Shown: piece by piece, positions 50,865 to 63,049 of the stretch
How positions within the stretch are numbered: the stretch's first letter is position 1
Layout: every line of letters starts with the position of its first letter
DNA from: Mobula hypostoma
Lineage: Eukaryota
Length of the DNA stretch: 64,000 nucleotides
Assembly: GCF_963921235.1 (NCBI RefSeq)
Contig: NC_086098.1
Location: forward strand, 155,310,001 to 155,374,000
Reading direction: 5' to 3'
Made by a program: the position numbers and the translations under genes
Notes under the pieces: model-generated
The model's input: only the letters and a program-made list of their open reading frames with translations
Told to the model about the DNA's origin: nothing
Databases searched by the model: none

Positions 50865-51665
50865 AACAGGGAGATTGAAAACCTGGCTGAGTGGCACTAC
50901 AACAGCAAAATTCTCACTCAATGTCAGCAAGGCCAAGGAGCTGATTATTGACCAGGAGGAGGACCAAACCAGAGGTCCATGAGCCAGTCCTTATTGGGTG
51001 ATCAAAGGTGGAGAGGGTCAAAAACTTTAAATTTCTTGGTGTTATCATTTCAGCAGACCTGTCCTGGGCCCAGCACATAAATACAATTATGAAGAAAGCA
51101 CAACAGTGCCTCTACTTCTTTGGAAGTTTGCAAAGATTTGGCACGACATTTAATACTTTGACAAGCTGCTATGGTTGTGTGGTGGAGAGTATATGGACTG
51201 GTTGCATCACAGCCTGGTATGGAAACACCAATGTCCTTGAACGGAAAATCCTACAAGAAGGTAGTGGATACGGTCCAGTTCATTGTAGGTTCTCATCAGG
51301 AAGAAGGTACAGGAGCCTCAGATCCCACAACACAGGTCAGGGACTGTTATTACCTTACAACGAATGTGCTCCTGAAGCGACGTGGATAACTTCTTTCACC
51401 ACCACTCTGACCTCCTACGACCACTATGACCTACAGACACACTGTCAAAGACTCTTTACAACTTACATTCTCAGTAATTTTTTATTTGCGTAATTCGTCT
51501 TCTTTTGCACATTGGTGTTTCCGTCTATAGGGAGGGAGGGATGTCAGACTTTGTCTGCTAATGTATAGTTTTAATTTAAATTCCATTGTATTTCTTTTTA
51601 CCCCCCTGTAAATACCTGCAAAAAAAATTGTGTCATAAAATTGATAATAAACTTACTTTGAACTT
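50865..51665 (+). mobile_element. Rex1/Babar-like fragment
   Basis: LNVSK.KELIID, VERV..FKFLGV.IS.DLSW, TGCITAWYG. Confidence 0.85.
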
Positions 51666-52071
51666 CTCCCATTTGATTTTCCTAGCAATTTTGCCAGTGT
51701 AGATCGAGGTAGTGCGTGGTAGACACACGAGGGGAAAGATTCATGATCTCCAATGTGATGAGTTTTAATTCACTGGTACAGTCAGGAATAGTGTTCCTCA
51801 GGTATTTCACATGATTCTAGATTGCTCGTAGCACAGCCACTTCCATGCTTATCACACTGACACTTATGCTTGAGTTAAACATCTCACTAACCCAACAGAC
51901 AAAAGGTTTGGGATAGGATTATGGATGTATTTAAAAACTTCAGAAAGGATCAGTTTCTTGAAGGGATAAACAAGGATAAAGGATATATGCCAAAATATCT
52001 AATGATGCTGAATCAAAATCTATGGAGTATTTAGCCAGAGAAGGAGTGAACACTAAGACAAGAGTACAATT

Positions 52072-52146
52072 TAGTCAAAAATTGTAAATTAATGAAACAG
52101 AAGGAAAATATAGTCAAAAATTTTAAATTAATGAAACAGAAGGAAG
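52072..52146 (+). repeat. Imperfect tandem duplication of tagtcaaaaatt.taaattaatgaaacagaaggaa
   Basis: Direct observation. Confidence 0.8.
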
Positions 52147-53017
52147 AGAAAAATAAATGAGAATTTAGCAATTTTTGGACTTGCCTCTCGTGGAGTATTT
52201 TCTCCTAACTTAATAACTTCACAGCTGGTTCTATTTTACATGCTTTACCAGGCTGGGAAGATGGTCAATGCTTGAACGTGATGGAGCTCTACCCGGCAAC
52301 AAATGACACAGGTGACCTAATGTAGTGATATTTTGGGAAAGGAGTCTTATACTGAGTATTATTTAGTAGACAGTATACGTAAAAAACTTAATTCTTATTT
52401 TGTATTAATGAAACATCTGTTACATTTTTCCTTTGATCTCTCTCTCTCAATTTGAATTCCATTGAAAAGGATCTGAAGAGATGGAGCCCAATAGATTAAC
52501 ATTCTGAGGAAGGATTCTGAAATGATAACTCTTTTCTCTTCCCATTGATGCAGCCTGACTCAATGGGTATTTTTAGCATTTCTTGTTTTATTTTAGATTT
52601 CCAGACTGTGCAGTTTTCGTTTTGATTTTCGTTTGAACATTCTCCTCTTGTTCTGGTCCACAAATGCTATCTGGCTTGTTGCACTTCTTTTACTTTTAAA
52701 CAAGTTTTCCCTTTGGTTCAGATTTCCAGCTTTACCTTTGTGTTTATTTTCACTATAATGTAATATTTATCCTACATTGCACTTCATTTTATTTTATAAT
52801 AACTGCAGATATATGCCAATCACATTCCTATAATATTTGTCTGCAAATAAGTGAACCCAGGGCTAGACGGACTTCAGGTAAGGCACTTGCAAGGATTTTC
52901 ACATAAATTACCAACAGCAGAGAGTCTGATCCATGAGAAAGCACTGAGTGGACTATTTTCCGATACAAATTCAGGCAGTTACTTAGAAAGGACAGAAGCC
53001 CGTACTGTATACTGTAC

Positions 53018-53101
53018 CTTGTGGGCAAAGATTCTCTGAGTGCCAGCAGGGATGTATGCCAGTGGCTGCCTCGAACCAAAGCATTCGACAATGCACGAGG
53101 A
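53018..53101 (-). CDS. MRPL40: MRPL40 exon 2 (PRALSNALVRGSHWHTSLLALRESLPTR), mitochondrial presequence region
   Basis: ttctcttccag| acceptor, AG|gtacag donor, 84 nt, phase 2-2; R.SH..TSLL.....LP.R resembles human RETHQRASLLSFWELIPMR. Confidence 0.88.
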
Positions 53102-53949
53102 CTGGAAGAGAAAATTCTCAAGATTGGTAATGTTGCCTTAACAAAGTCAACTCCTTTCAGAACAGCTTCCTATATCTCAGACTCTAAAAATGACAGAAAA
53201 ACGTCAGCTGTGAGAAATTCTGGAAAGAACATTGCTTTCAGGAAATGCACACAGACAATGCCAATTCAAACAGCCTGTTTTCCGCTTGCAATAATGATCT
53301 CACGTCCAGCAGGGTGAAGTGAGATTTCTGTCCGATTGGGACTACCTCCTTCACATCCCATCAAAGGATGGTATCTCCTTGTAGCAAAATCGTGCATTCT
53401 TCGAGTCAATCCAAAGTCAAGATCAGAATTTCATCAGTTACCAGTGTTGACTTCAAATTGCTTCCTGAACCCATAACCTAGTCTGATATTAGTGGAGTGG
53501 AGTGCTGCACTGTTAGGAGAGTCATATTGTGAGCAACAGATGCAGTCCATAAATCTGTTCTCATACGAAGATAAGAACATAAATAAATGGAAGTACAAAC
53601 GGGTCATTTAGTCTCTCATGCCTACTCCATGATCCATTAAAATCATTGAGAATATTTCACTCTTTTCAGTGCTAATACCCGGATTCCCTTAACAAATATT
53701 TAAGTAGAAAATCAAACCACCTCTTGAATATACACAATTAATAAGCCTCCCCTGTCTTTTGGGCAGAGAATGCTGAGGATCTCACAAAAACTCACCACAC
53801 AACACCCAACAATGTTCATTCACTGACCAATAGGATTAACGACAGAATGTTTGGTATTACAATTAACACGAATTTGGTTACTGTGTTTCCTAACTTATAG
53901 GTGCCCATCACAGACAGTTGTTTGTGACAATGCCTTTTGGGAGTCATTG

Positions 53950-55660
53950 TCATATAGCCCTGAAACAGGCCATTCGGCTCAATTGGGCCTCGCCTACCAA
54001 AATTCCCATCTAAGGTAGACTGATTTGCTAATGTTTGACCTACTGTATATCACTCTAAACCATTCCTATCCATGTACCCGTCTGAGTTCCTTTTAAATGT
54101 GGTTAATGTACCTGTCTCAATCACTTACTCTGCAGCTCACTCCCAAATAGTGTTTTTTGAAAAAAATAACGAAGAAGGTCAAAGTGGGCAAGTCAGTAGA
54201 TGTAGTCTATTTGGAATCCCAGTAAGGCCTTTGATACGGTTCTGCATATTGCTATTTTTCATCTGTAGCAGTGATTTGGATGAGAACATACAAGACATGG
54301 TCAGCAGATATGCAGATGATAGCAAAATAGGTGCTATCAGGGGGTTATCAGGAATGACAGAGGGATCTTGATCAGTTGGGCAAGAGGGCTGGGGAATGGT
54401 GAATGGAGTTTAATTCAGATCACTGCTAGGTATTTTGGGAAGGCAAATCAGGGTAAGATTTCCACAGTGAATAGTAGGGCCCAGGAGTGTTGTAGAACAG
54501 AGAGACTTAATAGGACGACATGGTTTCTCAAAAGCGGTTTCACAGGGTGGTGAACAAGGCTTTTAGCATACTGGACTTCATCAGTCGGAGTGCTAGAAAT
54601 GGGTGGTTACGTTGCTGTTGTACAAGATATTGGTGAGGTTACATCTGGAATACAGTGTTCAGTTTTGATCACCTTACCACAGAAATGATGCCATTAGACT
54701 GCTAAGAGAGTACAGAGGAAATTTACAAGTGTGTTGTCAGGGCTCACGGGACCAGGACTGGGTTATGGAGAGAGTTTCAGCAGGTCTGGACTTTATTCCT
54801 GAGGGAGTAGGAGAAGGAAGGGTGACCTGAAAGAGATGTATAAACTCATGAGCGGCAGAGATAGAATGAATGCATATTTTTCCCACTGGGTTGGAGGATC
54901 AATGACTAGCGCACATTTCAGGTGAGAGTAAGGAGATTTATTAGGAAACTGAAGCTTAGGACACATAATCTCCCACATACAAAGCCTTGCTGACTATCTT
55001 ATTCACCTCTCGTCTTTCCAAATGCACATAAAACGTATCCCTCGGAATCCCCTCCAGTAACTTACCTACCACAGATGTTTGGCTGACTGGTCCAGGGTTT
55101 TTCCTTTGCAGATCTTCAATAAAGGCAGAGCCTTAGCCACCCTCCAGTCTCCTGGCACTTTAACTGTCACTGACGATGGTGAGCATATATCAATCAAGGA
55201 TCCCACATTTTCTTCTCTAGCTTTCGAGTGTACTTGGATATACCCGACCAAGCCCCTGAGATTTAACCACCCTAATAACTTTTAAGACATTCAGCACCTC
55301 CTCTGCCGTGCTGCAGATATCGCCAGAGCATTCCATTAACTATCTAACATCCTTGGCTCCATGGCTAAAAGGAGAAATATTCATCAACCACTTCCTGCAG
55401 CTCCACTATTCTGTCTAATAACCTCCCTTCTCTCCCCCTAATGCACTTATAAAATGTCTTTGGATTCGCGTTAACCTTCTTTGATAAAGTTGTATCATGC
55501 ACACGTTTGGTCCTTCAAGTATACTCCTCCATGGATTCACTTGGTCGAATTCAGATTCCCCCGACGCTTTGGTTTATATAAATGCAAGACCTTTATTTAT
55601 CTATTGGGAGTCCGCTGTCTCGAGGCGTATTGTGATGATTTTCCTGTTAGTAGAAATAAA
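53950..55660. mobile_element. Cluster of decayed CR1 fragments in both orientations
   Basis: DLDEN....VS.YADD.KIG on + (~54270); VP.DWRVA...PL on - (~55150); CR1 tail on - (~53960). Confidence 0.65.
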
Positions 55661-55805
55661 CGTGTCCAGGAGATTAATATCGCCCTACGTCCACTCACAC
55701 GGCTGGGTGCCGCCGCCGCTCCCCGGGGCCGTACACCACCACCGCCTCTGCCTCCCTCAGGCTGGACGCCACCAGTTATGGCCCCTCCACTCTTATAATA
55801 CTCAC

Positions 55806-55840
55806 ATCAAGCCGAGGAATGGCTGGGCCGACCATGCCAT
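55806..55840 (-). CDS. MRPL40: MRPL40 coding exon 1 (MAWSAQPFLGL-I)
   Basis: aacATGG Kozak context in a GC island; AT|gtgagt donor gives the phase 2 that exon 2 requires; total CDS 585 nt = 194 aa + stop. Confidence 0.75.
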
Positions 55841-57225
55841 GTTAACCGGGGCACCTTGAGTCCTTCACGCCGTCACAGCGCCTTTCTCCAACCAGTCCGC
55901 ATTACCCGAGCCACTTATGCGCTGCACCACCACCAGCCACTTCTCCCCACATAATAATATCCGACTCGGATACACAATTCATGACAGTTGTTCCCAACCT
56001 ACAAAATCAAGGACCTCAGAATATCGGCAGCAGTAGTCTGTTTACAATTGAACATTTACTCTAAATTCTTAAAGGATATTAAAATCATTATGAAGCATGC
56101 AACTGGAGCTACTACAATCTAATTGCATACTTTTCGTTGTCAGAGCACCTAAAGTTCAGTCTTGAAATAAATAGAAAAGCCTTATAAATTAGATACTTGA
56201 TTTCGCCAAAACATTATATTAAAACTTGTCAGATAACTTGAACAATAGATTTGCACTGAACGTGTATGTTCGAGTTTTCATAAAGAAATGTTTAAATAAG
56301 TATTTATAGAATGCTAAGACAAAGTGAAGTAAAACATTATGGTGCTAAACAAGTTTATCCTTTGTTTTAATGTCATCTGGCCCCCTGTCATGACCCTAAT
56401 TTAGTTTTGTCTCCCAAATACAACAGGAATTTGCTTTGCATAACTGTTTTCTTTTTCACATCTAGTAATTTGTTGTAGTGAATAATTTGTCTGGGTCTTT
56501 TGCCAGTTCCTACAAACAATAATGGAACCTGCTTATATGATACCAAATTATTTATCAGTTAATTTCACCTTTTAAAAACAACTAAGTGACTTGAGCACAA
56601 GATGTACACTGGACATCATTTAGAAATGCTGCACTTTTGAAATAAATATTTTCCAATGACGCATTAAACTTTTCAGATGATCTTAAAAGTTTCCAGACAC
56701 TTTTCGGAGAAAAAAAAGACAGTATCTATTTGTTTTCCAATGTAAGCAACTAAACCAGATGATCCGGCCATTATTTCTTTCTTAATCCCGTACATACATA
56801 TTCTGAGTTTATAGTAGATCTAATGTTTATTTGAATATAGCAGTGACTAATAGAATATTTCTCTGTAGTAGGGATGGTTGAGGTATTGTTAAACGCTGAA
56901 CAAGTTGCAACCCAATGAATGAATGGAGATTATAAGTCTTTTCTTAAGCCTTAATATATGGAAGCCTCAGTATATATTTTACAACTACATTGAAAATTAT
57001 ACACCTAATCTAACTTTTTGAGTTTTATTTGATACTCGGAACGGTTATGGTGACCTTGATATTTTTCCCGAGCCGTTGTGCTCGGGGCACTGAGGTTTGT
57101 GGGGAGCGCTGAGTGTGTTGCTCCCTTCCGGCGGAGCGGAGTGAGAGGCCGGGCCGCCCTGGGACAGTGACACCGACACCGAGACCGAGAGGCTCGTGCG
57201 TGAGTCCCAGGTCCCGCGGCCCAGC

Positions 57226-57262
57226 ATGAAGCTACTTAAACCTGCTTGGGTCCATCACAATG
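57226..57262 (+). CDS. HIRA: HIRA histone H3.3 chaperone, coding exon 1 (MKLLKPAWVHHN-G); remaining exons lie beyond the window
   Basis: Near-identical to the HIRA N-terminus MKLLKPTWVNHNG; 37-nt exon with G|gtgagt donor in a CpG island. Confidence 0.95.
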
Positions 57263-58444
57263 GTGAGTGGGTGCGGGGACGGGCTGAATGAGGAGGGATG
57301 CTGTGCAGTGACCGGTGGGCGGGCTGGGAATGGGAATGGTCAGTTGGAGGGAGGATGGGAGGGAGTCGGTACGATTTCGGAGGTGCAGGACCTACCGAGT
57401 GAATCCACCTGTGGGAGGGTGCAAAGAATGGCGCCAGAGACAAGATCCCGGGCTGAAATAGCGATGTGGGAGGCAAGGATGGAAAGCGGAATGTGGACGG
57501 CGGGGTCTTCGGATTCTTAGGGAAGGGACATGAGGGCGAGCAATGGGATGAGGAGTGACGGCAATTGTCTCTAAGAGTTGATCGGGTTTTACACATTAAA
57601 GTAGTGGAGAGGAGCCTCAACTTGTGTAATGATGGATCTCAAGGAATATTAATTGTGAATTGGTGTATTATTGTCACATGTATCGCGGTGCAGTAGAAAA
57701 CTTTTTTTTGTATGTCACCCACACGGATCATTTCACCACATCGAGACAGTACAAGGGGAAAACAATAACAGAAAACAAACTAGAGCGTTACAATTATCGA
57801 GAACATGCAGTGTCGGTGAACAACAAGGTGGAAGACCACCATGAGGTAGATTGTGCGGTCAAGAGTCCATTTTAACATACAAGAAGTGCATTCAGTAGTC
57901 TTGTATCAGGGGAGAGAAACTGTCCTTGAGCCTAGTGAGGCATGCTGACAGGCTTTAGCATCCTTTGGGATATGGTGATTTACAACAGTTATGTATGGAA
58001 GAATAAACCTTGGGAAGGTTTGCAGATGACAAGGAGTGCAGAGCTCAAGAGTTACTTGCACAAGGTTCAAGAGAAGTATTTAAAGCTTTTGGTGAGCAGA
58101 AATTCAACAGGTGTGGAGTGAAATTGGGAAGTTCTTTTATTTGGCATGATGAGTCTTTAATTTCTTGAGTCTAAATTTTGAAAGCTTGGCAGAGTCACTT
58201 TGCAATAAAGGGCTTGCACAAGTGCAAAGAAAAATTCTGGCCATTTATGTTCACAAAGGCAGATACACCGATTGTATGGTTTTAAGAAATAATAAAAAGC
58301 GATGCTTTCGGCTTGAAGCTTCCCTCTACCTCTTACCTCAATACTTACACTTTTGACTAAATATTTGCTTATTTTCTAAGTTAGGGCAGGAGATAAGGAC
58401 ATTTGAAAGAGGATCTAGTGTTTTCCCGGCGTATATGACGAATA

Positions 58445-59225
58445 AACTCTTCGTGGGCTTCCAGCCAGGTACAGATATTGATTTTAACTGACACTTTGAT
58501 GACAAACTCTGCCGTCTTCATCAGTAATGATGCCTGCGTATGTCTAGTCCGATGGTATTTATACCCCCATCGTCTACCTGTCCTGATTGGTTAGTTCTCA
58601 TCTAAACAGGTTTCTGCTGTTTCCAATCAATTTCTGCTTCTTTTTTAGAGTGAGACCTTTGACTTTGTTAAAATTCTTTTGCACTAGTTTTATATCAATG
58701 GCTTCCTTTACTAGGCAGTCCCAAAAGCCATCAGCACAGCACAGTAGTTTTGTGCTGTCGAAGCCAATCCTATGTTCTTCTACTGTCGATTCTCTGGGTA
58801 ATCCAAATGGATACACCTCCTGTGCTCCTTGGTGCAGGTTTCCAGCATGCGTCCTATCAGGGAATTGTGTAAATGCCAGCCGTCCTGAGCTCCAGGATGG
58901 CCAGACTTCAGCACAAAACGACTATGCCATGCCAGTGGCTTCTGGGACTGCCTGATGAAGGAAGCTATTGAAATAAAACCAGAATAAAAGAATTTTAACA
59001 AAGACAAAGGTCTTACTCTTAAGTACTGGAAATCGATTGTTAACAAGGTGGGACAGCAGACACCCGATTGGATGAAGACTAACCAATAAGGAGGGACAGA
59101 TGACGGGGTATAAATACCACCGGTCTAGGCATGCCCAGGCTCCATCTCTGATGAAAGTGGCAGAGCTGGTCATTGAAACGTTGGTTAAAGTCGATACCTG
59201 TACCTGGCTGGATACCCAAGATGAC
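58445..59225. mobile_element. Older fold-back Penelope of a second (Poseidon-like) family
   Basis: Minus arm ~58445-58900 and plus arm ~58903-59225 both encode the GIY-YIG C-terminus (FWDCL.KEAI.IK....NFNK..GLTL); HHR-like ctgatga...gaaacgtt at 59148-59182. Confidence 0.8.
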
Positions 59226-59669
59226 ATTTGTCTCCTGTCTGGAATATGCATTAAATTGTGTGTGTACTTTTAATATTCATTCATGGGACATGGTGTCACT
59301 GGGCATGCAGTATTTATTGGTTGTGGCTAATCACTCAGAAGGTGATGATTAGCCACCATCTTGGAATATACGTCGTGTTCAATGAAGATAGTTGGTGTTA
59401 TTGAAAAGCACAAGTCAGGGTGAATACTTTTTATCGGCACTGTATTTGTCAAAAATAGCCATTCTTGTCTTTGGAATGCAACTATTTTAACCATACTTTG
59501 AGCAAGGTTGCCATAGAACATGAAGTTAGAAGGAGCTGGCAAAAGCCTACTGTGAGCACTGAGTAGAGAATTCAAAGTACAACTTGCGAGAACAGATAGA
59601 TTTATTCTATCGTTTTGCTGATAGGCTGATAAGATTGGATTTGATTGTTTTGCATTCTGAGGAAAAAGT

Positions 59670-60205
59670 TTCAAAGTTAAAAATAAATTTATTAGCAAAG
59701 TACATATGTCACCATTTACAATCCTGAAGTTTGTATTTTTGTGGCATATTTATTAAATACAAGAAAAATAATAGAATCAATGAAAGGCTGTATTTGATAG
59801 GGAGGACAAACAAACAACATGCAGAAAAAAACAACAAGCTACAAATACAAAAGATACAAAAAGAAATAATTAAAAAAAAACAATAAGTATTGAGAACATA
59901 AGATGGAGAGTCCTTGATGGTGAGTCCATAGGTTGTGGGAACAGTTCAGTGATGGGGCGAATGAAGTTATCCCCTTTGGTTCAAGAGCCTGATGGTTGAA
60001 GGGTAGTGATTGTTCCTGAACTTGATGGTGTGGGTCCTGAGGCTCCTGTACTTCTTGATGGCAGCAATTTGAAGAGAGCATGTCCTGGATGGTGGAGGGA
60101 GGATCCTTGATGATGGATGCTGCTTTCCTAATACAGCGCTCCATGTAGATGTGCTCAATGATGGGGAGGGCTTTACATGTGATGGACTGGGCCATATCCA
60201 CTATT
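59670..60205 (-). mobile_element. Rex1/Babar-like 3' fragment
   Basis: LP.IEHIYMERC.RKAASIIKDP; YRSLRTHT.KFRN..YPSTIRLLN. Confidence 0.8.
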
Positions 60206-60391
60206 TTGATGTTTACGGAATCTATCTTTGCTATTTTCCCCTTTTTCAATTGTGTTGCGAATGAACTTTACTTGAGGAACAAGCATTCAGTACCGCAGCT
60301 GAATGCTTGAAAAGTGAACCTTCTAATGGAATTCATGAGGTGAAGGTGATTAACCTTGATATCAGTAAAACTGAAGCCAAAGAAAATCAGG

Positions 60392-61854
60392 CAACACACA
60401 TAAAAGTTGCTGGTGAACGCAGCAGGCCAGGCAGCATCTCTAGGAAGAGGTGCAGTCGACATTTCAGGCCGAGACCCTTCGTCAGGACTAACTGAAGGAA
60501 GAGTGAGTAAGGGATTTGAAAGTTGGAGGGGGAGGGGGAGATCCAAAATGATAGGAGAAGACAGGAGGGGGAGGGATGGAGCCAAGAGCTGGACAGGTGA
60601 TAGGCAAAAGGGATACGAGAGGATCATGGGACAGGAGGTCCGGGAAGAAAGACGGGGGGGGAGGACCCAGAGGATGGGCAAGGGGTATATTCAGAGGGAC
60701 AGAGGGAGAAAAAGAGTGAGAGAAAGAATGTGTGTATAAAAATAAGTAACAGATGGGGTACGAGGGGGAGGTGGGGCATTAGCGGAAGTTAGAGAAGTCA
60801 ATGTTCATGCCATCAGGTTGGAGTCTACCCAGACAGAATATAAGGTGTTGTTCCTCCAACCTGAGCGTGGCTTCATCTTTACAGTAGAGGAGGCCGTGGA
60901 TAGACATGTCAGAATGGGAATGGGATGTGGAATTAAAATGTGTGGCCACTGGGAGATCCTGCTTTCTCTGCTCGTCCCCCCCATCCCTCCCCACTGATCT
61001 CCCTCCTGGCACTTATCCGTGTAAGCGGAACAAGTGCTACACATGCCCTTACACTTCCTCCCTTACCACCATTCAGGGCCCCAAACAGTCCTTCCAGGTG
61101 AGGCAACACTTCACCTGTGAGTCGGCTGGGGTGATATACTGTGTCCGGTGCTCCCGATGTGGCCTTTTATATATTGGCGAGACCCAACGCAGACTGGGAG
61201 ACCGCTTTGCTGAACACCTACGCTCTGTCCGCCAGAGAAAGCAGGATCTCCCAGTGGCCACACATTTTAATTCCACATCCCATTCCCATTCTGACATGTC
61301 TATCCACGGCCTCCTCTACTGTAAAGATGAAGCCACACTCAGGTTGGAGGAACAACACCTTATATTCCGTCTGGGTAGCCTCCAACCTGATGGCATGAAC
61401 ATTGACTTCTCTAGCTTCCGCTAATGCCCCACCTCCCCATCGTACCCCATCTGTTACTTATTTTTATACACACATTCTTTCTCTCACTCTCCTTTTTCTC
61501 CCTCTGTCCCTCTGAATATACCCCTTGCCCATCCTCTGGGTTCCCCCCCAACTTGTCTTTCTTCCCGGACCTCCTGTCCCATGATCCTCTCGTATCCCTT
61601 TTGCCAATCACCTGTCCAGCTCTTGGCTCCATCCCTCCCCCTCCTGTCTTCTCCTATCATTTTGGATCTCCCCCTCCCCCTCCAACTTTCAAATCCCTTA
61701 CTCACTCTTCCTTCAGTTAGTCCTGACGAAGGGTCTCGGCCTGAAACGTCGACTGCACCTCTTCCTAGAGATGCTGCCTGGCCTGCTGTGTTCACCAGCA
61801 ACTTTTATGTGTGTTGCTTGAATTTCCAGCATCTGCAGAATTCCTGTTGTTTGC
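60392..61854. mobile_element. Neptune-type Penelope fold-back insertion: minus arm 60392-~60971, plus arm ~60972-61854
   Basis: 16-bp TSD gccaaagaaaatcagg (60376-60391, 61855-61870); GIY-YIG reading frame intact in the plus arm; ~0.58-kb inverted repeat. Confidence 0.95.
61719..61754 (+). ncRNA. Minimal type I hammerhead ribozyme motif (best-preserved copy)
   Basis: AGUC CUGACGA A GGG UCUCGG CCU GAAAC GUC GACU: stem I AGUC/GACU, all core nucleotides present, GUC cleavage triplet. Confidence 0.8.
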
Positions 61855-62947
61855 GCCAAAGAAAATCAGGACAACTTCTCCACTGGCTGGAATCAAATAT
61901 AGTAGAAAACAAAATTTGTGGCGGTCTTTCATCTCAGTCCCAGGGTATTGAAGAATAAGTTCAAAATGGTAGTCTTCGTCACAAACAGCTGTTTTATCAA
62001 TTGTTTTCCTTTCATAATATTGGAAGTAGAGATGCTTGCTGATTGTGCAGTATTTAGTTCCGTTCATGATTCCATAGATATTAAAGTGTGCTCTGTCCTG
62101 TAACATACAGAAAATACGGACAAATACTAAAGTGAAATAGGTAGTTGTGAAGTCAAATGGCAATTGTGTTATACAGAGAAAGCAACATTATGGAGATGGG
62201 ATAAGTTTGTGAGTGGGTCTCTAATTTCCTAATACCCGGGAGAAAGTCAGGTTGTCCGAAAACTGTCTCTGTAGTGCTGGAGACTGTAGGGGGTCATCTG
62301 TTTGGTTTAAACTGGTTGTAGAAAGTTCAGCTTTCTCATTTGTACTCTGTTTCTGAGCTTTGCCATGTTGGAGGATGGATAGCTTTTTAGTTATCCAGCG
62401 CAAGTGGTATCTACGTTTGCAGAGCTTTAATCTCATCACTGGGTTGTTGAATCACTTATCCCAGCTCCATTGTGTTGCTTTCTCTGTTTAACATACCTGC
62501 CATTTGACTTCACAATGAGCTGTTTTAGGTTTGTCTGACCCCTCCTGTGATCTTGCACACTCTTCATCAGACTAATTTTGCTTCCCTGGCCTGATAACAT
62601 AAACCGAGGTCATGAAAATGAGGATAAGTCTGGGATACAGTTTCGTAACTGGCAATGTCTTTCAGCTATCGATTTTGCTGTATCTGCCCTGAATCTGATG
62701 TTCCCTCTAATTTGTAATGACCAGTGTTCGCAAAAATCTTGTGCTGTGTTATTTTTTTGCCCAGGGACAACGTGCGCACTGAATTTTTAAGTGGAAGTAA
62801 ACCTGAAGCTATACTAAGAATAATAAACTACAAAGTCCAGTTTGTTGTTCATTGTTTTAAAAAAAATAAAATAACTGTCAGTAAGAAATTTGATCTCCTC
62901 TGGGTCTGATTACTTTCACTCCCATTTATCTGCACTCTCACAAAACG

Positions 62948-63049
62948 TACAGTCGCAAAAAAAAAAGTTTGTGAACCCTTTGCAGTTACCTGGTTATCTG
63001 CATTAATTACTCATAAAATGTGGTCTGATCTTCATCTGAGTCACAATCA
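62948..63049 (+). mobile_element. Left TIR of the same Tc1 family as 45315-47596
   Basis: TAcagtcgcaaaa..agtttgtgaaccctttgca is the reverse complement of 47560-47596. Confidence 0.85.

Larger units (their letters stand above)
55680..57560. promoter_or_regulatory. Divergent MRPL40/HIRA promoter region (two GC islands, ~55680-55970 and ~57040-57560)
   Basis: Start codons point apart, about 1.4 kb from each other, each inside a CpG-rich patch. Confidence 0.75.

Noticed and set aside
60906-61424. 172-aa ORF as a standalone GIY-YIG nuclease gene
   Set aside because: Its N-terminus is antisense sequence read through the inversion junction of a truncated Penelope.
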